Of a DNA stretch of 64,000 bases, positions 19,049 through 26,320 are shown one piece after another. This DNA comes from an uncultured Rhabdothermincola sp. (GTDB lineage Bacteria > Actinomycetota > Acidimicrobiia > Acidimicrobiales > Acidimicrobilacustridaceae). How positions within the stretch are numbered: the first letter of the stretch is position 1; each line of letters starts with the position of its first letter. Under the pieces are notes generated by a model. The model saw only the letters and a list, made by a program, of their open reading frames with translations. It did not search any database and had not been told where the DNA came from. Made by a program: the position numbers and the translations under genes. The DNA lies in the NCBI GenBank assembly GCA_964530525.1, contig CAZHBH010000003.1, positions 1,002 through 65,001 of the forward strand, given 5' to 3'.

Positions 19049-19180
19049 CTTACGCGGGCTCGCCTGCCCGCGCAACAGAGGGGCAACCTCACGAAGCCGG
19101 CGCACATCTCCTCCCACACCCCTCCCAATCAGGTCGGGAGATGGTGGAGTCTGGCGGTCACCAGCGGTCAGGCCGCTACG

Positions 19181-19271
19181 CTCTGACCAGGACGTTCGTC
19201 CTGGTCAGAGGGAACTTCCTTGGCGCCCCCGCCAGGATTCGAACCTGGGCACACGGTTTAGGAAACCGATG
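19181..19271 (-). repeat. DR2: central att-type copy of the tRNA-Arg 3' segment (48 nt + CCA) plus hairpin
   Basis: 19181..19259 is identical to DR1. 19224..19271 is identical to 33992..34039, the 3' 48 nt of tRNA-Arg reaching through the anticodon arm. Confidence 0.9.
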
Positions 19272-19327
19272 GTTTATTTGCTTAAAAATGCTGGTCACAG
19301 GGTTGATTGTTGCTCATGATCTTGATT

Positions 19328-19373
19328 CTCCCCGAACTCTCCCCGTAAGATCTGGCTACGGTTAGCTACGGTT
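19328..19373 (+). promoter_or_regulatory. putative integrase arm-type sites (int-proximal end)
   Basis: TCTCCCCG occurs twice, 11 bp apart (19327-34 and 19338-45). GCTACGGTT occurs twice, 10 bp apart (19355-63 and 19365-73). All lie between the att core and the int start. Confidence 0.4.
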
Positions 19374-19400
19374 GGCTAAGCGGGGACAAGGGGGTCAGAG

Positions 19401-20771
19401 ATGGCGAGACCCGTGCAGGATGTGCGCATCTGGTCGCTCCAGGACCGGCGCAAGCACGCCATGGCCAAGCGGCCCTGGCTCGTGCGATGGGTGGTCGACG
19501 GCCGGGAGCACAACCGCTCCTACCGCACCCGAGCCGAAGCCGACCGCTACCGGTCTCAGCTCCTCGTGGCCCAGAGCAAGGCCGAGCGCTTCGACCACGA
19601 CAGCGGCGAGCCGGTGTCGTGGACACCAGTCACGGGCGACAAGCAGCTCGTCGCCTGGGTGCGCCAGTGGCTCGCCGAGCAGTGGCCGGAGTGGCAGCCC
19701 CGCACGCGAGCCTCAGCAGTGGAGGCGCTGGCCCGGTTCGTGCCCTTGGTGTGCTCGGCGTCGGCCCCAGAACCGCCAGCAGAGATGCGTGCCTATCTGG
19801 TCCAGTCCCTGCGCCCCGGTGCCGAGGTCGACGGCGCTCACCCGTGCGAACGGTGGCTGGCACGTTGGAGCCCGGCGCTCGGCCACCTCGACCGAGAGAT
19901 GATGGCCAACGTCGAACAGCAGTTGGCCATCGGCGCCAGTGGACAGCCCCTCTCGGCCAACGTCTCCAACCGCTACCGGACCACGGCGCACGCTTGCATC
20001 AAGCGAGCGGTGGAACTGGATGTGTTGGCAGCAGACCCGTGGCCACCTCCGCCGAGTGGTCGTCGGCGGCGCAAGAGCGCTCGCAAGCGCCGCTCGGTCG
20101 ACATCCGGCTCTTGCCCGATCCGGCCACGATGGAAGCCGCTATCGCTGCCATGCGCTCGCACCAGCCGGGCAGTCGCACCTACGAGGTCATGACCGCCGT
20201 GGCCTACTACGCCGGGCTCCGACCCTCCGAGGTGGTGGCGTTGCGCCCGCGATCGCTGGACCTGCCCGAGGAGGGCTGGGGTCGCATTGAGGTGGTCGAA
20301 GCCGACGTCGACTGGGACGAACCCGGCGAACCCAAGACCGGCCAGCGCTCCGTACCGATCCCGCCCCAGCTCGTGGCCATCCTGCGGTCGTGGATCGAGG
20401 ATGTCGGCGTGGGCGACGACAATCTGCTGTTTCGCACCAGAGGCAACAAGCGTCCGACCCAATCGAACTGGGGGAGAGCCTTGAAGCGTGGTCTGGCCGC
20501 CGTGGAGCACGACCCGATCCGGGTCTACGACTGCCGCCACGCTGCGGCCACCACATGGCTACGAGCAGGAGTCCCGCTCGGCGAGGTAGCTCGCCGCCTC
20601 GGCCACAGCGTCGAGACCCTGGTCTCCACCTACGTCGGCGCTCTCGAAGGCGACGAAGCCATCGCCAACGACCGCATCGAACAGGCTCTGTCCCCAACCG
20701 CCGAACGGTCGGCGTCTGCTGGATCTCAGCGGAGGAGACAAGCTCGATCGTCATCTTTCTATGTGGCCTAG
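19401..20771 (+). CDS. int: tyrosine-type site-specific integrase
   Basis: 456-aa ORF. Catalytic-domain landmarks are YYAGLRPSEVVAL (Arg), VYDCRHAAATTWL (H-x-x-R region) and LGHSVETLVSTYVG (His...Tyr). A Shine-Dalgarno AAGGGGG lies upstream. The gene is adjacent to the att repeat. Confidence 0.9.
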   Translation: MARPVQDVRIWSLQDRRKHAMAKRPWLVRWVVDGREHNRSYRTRAEADRYRSQLLVAQSKAERFDHDSGEPVSWTPVTGDKQLVAWVRQWLAEQWPEWQPRTRASAVEALARFVPLVCSASAPEPPAEMRAYLVQSLRPGAEVDGAHPCERWLARWSPALGHLDREMMANVEQQLAIGASGQPLSANVSNRYRTTAHACIKRAVELDVLAADPWPPPPSGRRRRKSARKRRSVDIRLLPDPATMEAAIAAMRSHQPGSRTYEVMTAVAYYAGLRPSEVVALRPRSLDLPEEGWGRIEVVEADVDWDEPGEPKTGQRSVPIPPQLVAILRSWIEDVGVGDDNLLFRTRGNKRPTQSNWGRALKRGLAAVEHDPIRVYDCRHAAATTWLRAGVPLGEVARRLGHSVETLVSTYVGALEGDEAIANDRIEQALSPTAERSASAGSQRRRQARSSSFYVA

Positions 20772-20902
20772 TCCGTCTCTAGGGACGCTTCGCCAACAGT
20801 GAGCGAACTAGCAGAGACTGAGTGGAAGATCTAGTCCAGTCGGAATTGATGAGTACGCCCTAGGTGCCTACTCTCAGTCTGAACGAGTTCTTCTCTGCAG
20901 GC

Positions 20903-22810
20903 TCAGGCGGCGATCTTCAGCGCCCGAGCGCCTGTAATGAGAGATTGGACGAGTTCAGGGACCTCTCCCTGCGCGTGGAGTGCTGCTTCTTGATAGGTCG
21001 CATGGTCCTTGCCGCTATATCCGAGACCGTCTTCTATTAGCGCCTCCTTCGCCTCTGCCCATGCTGGCCACATCTCCTCGAGGGCTTGTTCTAGGCCACC
21101 ATCGACGAATGTAAAGTTCGTAGCGACGCGACTGACGGGCCAGTCCAGTTCCGGGAGATTGAAAAAGCGTAGAAGTCTCCGATTCCAATCGATGGAGTCC
21201 TTGACGGAACCGGATAGCTTCTTTGCACGAACCTCGTCACCTCGGGACTCTACATCGGCCAATTCGTCCCGAAGGTGTGAATCGTTGTCCGCCACGAGAT
21301 ATACCGGGATGCCAATCTCGTCGAAGATTACGTAGGGCAAGAGGAGTCGTGTCTTGCCACCAGCCTCACCGATGAAGATGCCGTCCAACAGGAGTGGTAC
21401 AGATTCCTTGGTCGCGGCACCGGTCAAGACGGCGCGATCTGTGCTGCCCTCGACGAGAAGTACCACGTCAGCAAAGAATCCTTCTCCAAGCGCACCCAAG
21501 CAGACACCATCGAGTTGGCGCTGGATTGATTCTGGATCGATGAAAGTATCCAATCGTCGGACGACGTCGCCGACGCTCGAGCCCCGCACGATGACCCTCC
21601 CTTTGTTTCCAGACTGACGGGTCACGCGCCGAATCTGGTGAAACGACTTCGCTTCGATGAAGTATGGGCTGTGCGTCGCGTAGGTGACCTGGACACCCTT
21701 AGTTGCGTCCTCAGCGAGACCACGAAGCACAGCTGCGAACGATCTTGCTTGAAGTGGGTGCTGGTAGAGCTCGGGCTCTTCGATGGCTAGACACATGACT
21801 CCGTGGGTTGCCTCACGTCTCCCACGCTCAGCCAGCATCTTCAAGGCGGCGATCAGCAAGGCACGCTGAAATCCATGGCCCTGCCGCTCGACTCGCGTCT
21901 CAAGAGTGGAATCAAGAACCGCTACGTCAAATTGTACGCGCTGAGGCTTAAGTGGCTCTGACCGAGGAGTGACGGCCACGGCACGGCCCGTCGCGAACTC
22001 ACTGACTGCTGTCGTCAGCTCTGATGACAACTGGTCCAGTTGCTCCGACAGCAATCGGTTCTCGATCTCTGTCTGTGTTTTACCGAAGTTTTTGACTAGA
22101 TCTGCGATTTCCGCATCTACCTTCGTTCGATCGATTGCCTGCTCCAGGATCCGACCGATCACGGCGGTGCGTGAATCCGTCGTCTCCTCGGCAGCGCGGA
22201 GGTCGGCTGACACGAAGATGAAGTCGAAGAGCCCGGACATCAAGGCTTGGCCAGCGAAGCCGAAGAAATGGGACGTACTCTCGACGTCCGCGTCAGCGAG
22301 TTGATTCGGATGCTCCTGCTCCCACTCCGTCATCAGTTGGGACATGGCGGCATCGGTGGACCATGTAGGCAGCTCAAGTTCAGGCCTGTCAGCGCGAAGC
22401 GTTTGCCACAGACGCTTGCGTTCCGCCGCCGACCCGCCTGCGCGGACGGTGTCAAATCCCGCGAATGTCCGTCCGCGCCCGAAGATTTTGTCTTCGCCGT
22501 CGTGCCACCGTCTCCATAAGGTGACCGACTCGGCTGACGGAGGCGCGTACTTGCCCAAATGGCTCCGATCGTCGTCAGTAAGATGGTCGAACGTCACTTC
22601 GACCAGGACCACGCGCTCTGGATCGCGCTGGAAGACATCGTCCAAAGATAGAGACGAGCCCTTCGTTCCGTTGAAGAACCAGTCGAGTGCTCGGAGGATT
22701 GATGACTTCCCTGCACCGTTCGGACCTAGGAAGGTCGTGACTGCATCGAATCCTACCTCGATGTCCTCCAGGCCACGGAAGTTCTTGATGCGTAGCGAAG
22801 CGATCCTCAC
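20903..22810 (-). CDS. OLD-family nuclease (N-terminal ABC-type ATPase fused to C-terminal Toprim domain)
   Basis: IKNFRGLEDIEV...FLGPNGAGKSSILRAL is Walker A. QGHGFQRAL is signature-like. LAIEEPELYQHP is Walker B. YATHSP is the H-loop. The Toprim domain shows VVLLVEGSTDRAVL and VYLVADNDS. GTG start, preceded by GAGGGGGA. Confidence 0.85.
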   Translation of the reverse strand: MRIASLRIKNFRGLEDIEVGFDAVTTFLGPNGAGKSSILRALDWFFNGTKGSSLSLDDVFQRDPERVVLVEVTFDHLTDDDRSHLGKYAPPSAESVTLWRRWHDGEDKIFGRGRTFAGFDTVRAGGSAAERKRLWQTLRADRPELELPTWSTDAAMSQLMTEWEQEHPNQLADADVESTSHFFGFAGQALMSGLFDFIFVSADLRAAEETTDSRTAVIGRILEQAIDRTKVDAEIADLVKNFGKTQTEIENRLLSEQLDQLSSELTTAVSEFATGRAVAVTPRSEPLKPQRVQFDVAVLDSTLETRVERQGHGFQRALLIAALKMLAERGRREATHGVMCLAIEEPELYQHPLQARSFAAVLRGLAEDATKGVQVTYATHSPYFIEAKSFHQIRRVTRQSGNKGRVIVRGSSVGDVVRRLDTFIDPESIQRQLDGVCLGALGEGFFADVVLLVEGSTDRAVLTGAATKESVPLLLDGIFIGEAGGKTRLLLPYVIFDEIGIPVYLVADNDSHLRDELADVESRGDEVRAKKLSGSVKDSIDWNRRLLRFFNLPELDWPVSRVATNFTFVDGGLEQALEEMWPAWAEAKEALIEDGLGYSGKDHATYQEAALHAQGEVPELVQSLITGARALKIAA

Positions 22811-22832
22811 TCCATCCCCCTCTCGTCAGAAA

Positions 22833-22848
22833 ATCACACCAGTGTGAT
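22833..22848. promoter_or_regulatory. 7-2-7 inverted repeat (candidate operator) 23-38 nt upstream of the OLD gene start
   Basis: ATCACAC-CA-GTGTGAT inside the 149-bp spacer between the two nuclease genes. Confidence 0.3.
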
Positions 22849-22959
22849 CCGACAGCTCCGAACGTGCAACAGCTGGGGAAGATTCCAAGAGAAGGGGCAC
22901 TTCGGGACTGCCCGTACGTGCAGCGAGGAGGGTGACGCCCAGCTGGTGGAGGGCGGGAG

Positions 22960-24402
22960 TTAGAGATTCGATGCTGATGGGGGTTTACGAGCGTCGACAA
23001 GCGTACTCTTGAGATCGAGCCCGAGTTTATTGCCGAGTTCCCGCGTGCGCAGGGGCAGCGTCGTTCGTCGTTGACCTACGTCTGAGTTCCGCCGATGGCT
23101 TCGATATTGGATCGCGACGAATCGACCCACTGAACAACGGTCTGACTCAAGGTAGGAGGTCAGCTGATGTTCCAGCCCATTCCAGAACTTGCCATTGTGG
23201 AGTTTCTTAATCTCAAGCAGCGCACGGTTCTCATACCCACTGGAGAACTTGAAGTCGACTGGCCCGCGGCCAAGATCTACCTCGCGGTCGAGGACGATGT
23301 TGTGGGCGATGCAACGTGATTCAGCGAGAGCTCGGAAAAGGAGTTGAGCAGCTTCTTCATCCTTAGGGGTGCTATCATCATTGATCAGTCCATACCAGCC
23401 CCGTCGTTGTTCTACGAAGTGTTTGAAGTCCTTGATTAGCGAATCGATGAACGAGACGAAGGCTGGCTCATCTGTCACAGGAGCAAGGCTGAGTGGTGAT
23501 TCGGCAGCGTAGGCCTGTGCGTGGCGAAGCCAGTTGTAGATGCCCATGGGGTCCTGCTCGAGGTCATAGGGATCGGGGCTAATTCCCTCCCGCGCTCGGG
23601 TCCAGTTTTGGACCGCCTCAGGGTCGCGTCGTGCGAGATCGACGATGTCTTTTTTCCTCACATTGGATGAGATGTCGTAGTTGAGGTCAGCTCGGAGCTG
23701 TACAGCCTCCGAACTGGCCCAGAAGTCGTACGCATCGAGGCTGGGCAGCTTTCTGAGGAATCGCCTTGGCGTCAGGATCACGGGTAAGCCATTCTCCGGG
23801 TTGGTTGGCAACCTCACCTCGACAGGGTCCCAACGTAGGTATGTCGCATTGAACGCGCCTCGATCGATTCGATGCGGTTCCGTGGCAATCCCGTGCCGCG
23901 ACACCACTGTGATGGTGTACCTCGTGAACCTCTCGATGAGAACATTGCAGACGAGGTCGGAAATGCGGTCGCGCCCAATGCCTTCATTGAGAACCCCGAG
24001 GGTCTCGAAATGTGCAAGGTTCTCGATGCCTCTGTTGATCGAAAGCTCCATAGCTTCGCAGATACGCCGGGCATTGCCACGACCACTGCCAGATCCGCTG
24101 GTTCCGCTGTCAGTGAATCCGAGGCAGAACGGCCGTGGTTCGGGGAAGCGGAGAAGTTCCAGAGCCTTAGTCCGTTCCGGTGCGGAGGGTGTCTGTATCG
24201 TGTTCCCGACCATGTGGAACACGATGTTGAAGTAGGCAATCAGTTCAGCGTGAGCGCGGGCCCACAACTCCCCATCGTCCTTGAAGATTAGGAACGGATC
24301 TACGAACAACCGCGTGTCGGCACCGAGGATGGGGTCGAACCAGTCGTCGTCTTCTTCTATGAGTTCGATACCGAAGTAGTTTGAGAAGTAGTTTGCCGCC
24401 AT
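22960..24402 (-). CDS. hypothetical 480-aa protein with C-terminal PD-(D/E)xK nuclease-like domain
   Basis: ATG start, coding-like composition, low GC. The C-terminus reads DEEAAQLLFRALAE...DREVDLGRGPVDFKFSSGYENRALLEIKKL, which is the helix-E, D, ExK order of restriction-endonuclease-fold enzymes. I do not recognise the N-terminal ~350 aa. Confidence 0.6.
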   Translation of the reverse strand: MAANYFSNYFGIELIEEDDDWFDPILGADTRLFVDPFLIFKDDGELWARAHAELIAYFNIVFHMVGNTIQTPSAPERTKALELLRFPEPRPFCLGFTDSGTSGSGSGRGNARRICEAMELSINRGIENLAHFETLGVLNEGIGRDRISDLVCNVLIERFTRYTITVVSRHGIATEPHRIDRGAFNATYLRWDPVEVRLPTNPENGLPVILTPRRFLRKLPSLDAYDFWASSEAVQLRADLNYDISSNVRKKDIVDLARRDPEAVQNWTRAREGISPDPYDLEQDPMGIYNWLRHAQAYAAESPLSLAPVTDEPAFVSFIDSLIKDFKHFVEQRRGWYGLINDDSTPKDEEAAQLLFRALAESRCIAHNIVLDREVDLGRGPVDFKFSSGYENRALLEIKKLHNGKFWNGLEHQLTSYLESDRCSVGRFVAIQYRSHRRNSDVGQRRTTLPLRTRELGNKLGLDLKSTLVDARKPPSASNL

Positions 24403-24489
24403 CGACTGATCCTAGGTCTTTGGCTGCAATCATGAGGCTCATTGCGCGGGGATCGCTGGGACGGCGATGAGACTCACCACAGCTCACTC

Positions 24490-24720
24490 TCAGCGCGACG
24501 TGGTGTCGCGCGGTGATGGTGGCCAGGTTGGGTGGATGCGGGATTGGTTGACCCACTCGTCTATCTCGTCGGGGTCGAAGCGGATGAAGTGGCCAAGCTT
24601 GATGTAGGGGATGCGACGTTCGGCGATGAGGCGGCGGATGTAGCGGACTCGGACGCCGAGGCGTACAGCGAGCGAGTGGACGTCGAGGAGCTTGTCGTCG
24701 GGGTTCTGGGTGGTCGTCAT
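24490..24720 (-). CDS. xis: excisionase-family / AlpA-like HTH DNA-binding protein
   Basis: From the ATG at 24720: MTTTQNPDDKLLDVHSLAVRLGVRVRYIRRLIAERRIPYIKLGHFIRFDPDEIDEWV. This is the HTH_17 excisionase pattern (...IPyiKlG...rF....i..W). Confidence 0.75.
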   Translation of the reverse strand: MTTTQNPDDKLLDVHSLAVRLGVRVRYIRRLIAERRIPYIKLGHFIRFDPDEIDEWVNQSRIHPTWPPSPRDTTSR

Positions 24721-25044
24721 GAGGTTCCTTATTTGGTGTGGGCCATGGCCTCGCGGCCGTGGCACTCCGGTCCTGCCAGGAGAACAAGACGACGTCCTTG
24801 TTTCGGCACCTTCCAAGGCACCGGGATAGTCCCCGGTGGGCAGGGGGATTCCGATGAGAGGAGATCGAAGGTGCATCGGATCGATGGCTTTTGAGGCCGC
24901 TCGCGACCCCCGTGACCAGCGGTTGGGACGTCGACGAGGACGTGCACGGTGCCTCTACGGTGATATGTGGCATGACTCTCTAGGCCCCAGAGGGAACTTC
25001 CGCGTCGCGCAGGCTTCCGGGGTCGATCTAGCCTTCCAGACGCT

Positions 25045-25917
25045 GTGTCGGCGTGTTCCACCAACGTGAGGTCTAAACTCACTTTTGTGAAACGAGTTGA
25101 CTTTGAGGGCCTGTGGGATCGGTTCCTTGCCGAGGGGCGGGGAGTTGTCACAACCACCCAGCTCCGAGAGGAGACTGGGGCCAGCGCCGATGCCGTTCGG
25201 GCAGCCGCGGCCAACGCCGTGCGCAAGGGTCTTCTGTTCAGTCCCGCCAAGGGCCTCTACGTGCCCGTGCCCCCTAAGTACCGCAGTTGGGGCGTCATTC
25301 CTGCCGATCACTTCATCGACGCCATGATGAGCTACCTGGGCTGTGAGTACTACGTGGGCTTCCTCTCAGCTGCAGCGCACTGGGGGGCGTCGCATCAAGC
25401 GGTGCAGGAGTACCAGGTTGTCGTCGATCGCCACGTGCGCGACCGCGACATCGGGCGAGTGCGGATGCGGTTCCACCGCATCCGCCGCCTCGATGAACGC
25501 GAAACGGTTCGCATCGCAGGCACTGAAGCAATGCTGACCGTGGCGAGCCCCGAGCAGTGCGCTGTGGACCTGGTGGAGCACCCCTCTTGGGGTGGAGGGC
25601 TCTCCAACGTCGCCACGGTGCTTGCCGAGCTGCCCAACCTCGACGCCGTGAAGTTGTCCTCTCTCGCCGCCCGCCGTCCCCGGCCCCTGGCGCAACGGCT
25701 CGGGTGGCTCCTCGACAGCGCCGAAGTCGGCGTCGATCTCGAACCTCTGGCTCAGCTCGCTCGTTTGAGTACCCGGTCCACGCTGCTCGATTCCCGCCAG
25801 CCTCGTGGTGGTGAGCGCGACGAGCGCTGGGGTGTCATCGTGAACACCCGAGTCGACCCCGACACGTGGTCCTCGGGATGGGGCCTGCGAAAGTCCAGAC
25901 CGCTGGATTGCCCTTGA
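25045..25917 (+). CDS. AbiEi-family (COG5340-like) antitoxin/transcriptional regulator with no adjacent AbiEii
   Basis: N-terminal wHTH-like GVVTTTQLREETGASADAVRAAAANAVRKGLLFSPAKGLYVPVP. The middle block YYVGFLSAAAHWGASHQ is typical of AbiEi. The start is uncertain (GTG 25045 or GTG 25087). Confidence 0.65.
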   Translation: MSACSTNVRSKLTFVKRVDFEGLWDRFLAEGRGVVTTTQLREETGASADAVRAAAANAVRKGLLFSPAKGLYVPVPPKYRSWGVIPADHFIDAMMSYLGCEYYVGFLSAAAHWGASHQAVQEYQVVVDRHVRDRDIGRVRMRFHRIRRLDERETVRIAGTEAMLTVASPEQCAVDLVEHPSWGGGLSNVATVLAELPNLDAVKLSSLAARRPRPLAQRLGWLLDSAEVGVDLEPLAQLARLSTRSTLLDSRQPRGGERDERWGVIVNTRVDPDTWSSGWGLRKSRPLDCP

Positions 25918-25983
25918 AGTGAGTACGACGTATGATGTGACATATCCACGACATTGCAACCGGCTTTTCTGCGACGAGGATTC

Positions 25984-26319
25984 ATGACCACTCTGACCTC
26001 ACTACTTGACCACCTGTATGAAGGGGATGTGGTGGACACCGCGGATCTGGCGCGGGTCAGCGACACGAACCCACGGAGCGTGGCTCGTTGGAGGGCCGAA
26101 GCGGCTGCTCCGCGCCGGGACGCTGAGGAGCGACTGCTCGAGCTGCGCGCCGTCGTAGACCTGGCACGCAGGGTGATGAGAGATGACGCAGCCCGTCTCT
26201 GGATGCGGTCACCCAACCCCGATCTGGACTACGAGAAGCCGATCGATCTGGTTGCGGAAGGCCAGTACCAGCGAGTGATCGATCTTCTCCTCGCCTTGGC
26301 GGAGGGCGTCACCGCCTGA
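25984..26319 (+). CDS. DUF2384 (Xre/MbcA/ParS-type) antitoxin
   Basis: The C-terminal ARLWMRSPNPDLDYEKPIDLVAEGQYQRVIDLLLALAEGV is the classic DUF2384 block (W...pn..LgG..P.dl...g....v...L). The ATG at 25984 is preceded by GAGGA. The stop lies 1 nt before the RES gene. Confidence 0.75.
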   Translation: MTTLTSLLDHLYEGDVVDTADLARVSDTNPRSVARWRAEAAAPRRDAEERLLELRAVVDLARRVMRDDAARLWMRSPNPDLDYEKPIDLVAEGQYQRVIDLLLALAEGVTA

Positions 26320-26320
26320 G

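Larger units (their letters stand above)
16621..19259. mobile_element. Element A: integrase-less ~2.5-kb cassette bounded by perfect 79-bp direct repeats (CIME-like remnant or satellite of a tRNA-Arg integrative element)
   Basis: Bounded by DR1 and DR2. It contains only two overlapping minus-strand genes, an AbiEi-like wHTH and a nucleotidyltransferase. Confidence 0.65.

Noticed and set aside
20772-20902. A terminator between the convergent int and OLD genes (AGACTGAG ... CTCAGTCT, about 50-nt loop).
   Set aside because: The stem is only 8 bp with a very large loop and no U-tract. That is not convincing as an intrinsic terminator.
20903-22810. Calling the OLD-family gene Gabija (GajA), PARIS (AriA/AriB) or a retron effector.
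   Set aside because: There is no UvrD-like GajB next to it; the only SF1 helicase in the window is the core gene at 63096..64000, about 40 kb away. There is no reverse transcriptase or msr/msd-like structure nearby. ATPase and Toprim are fused rather than split. A fused PARIS variant cannot be excluded without a profile search, so I left it as OLD family.
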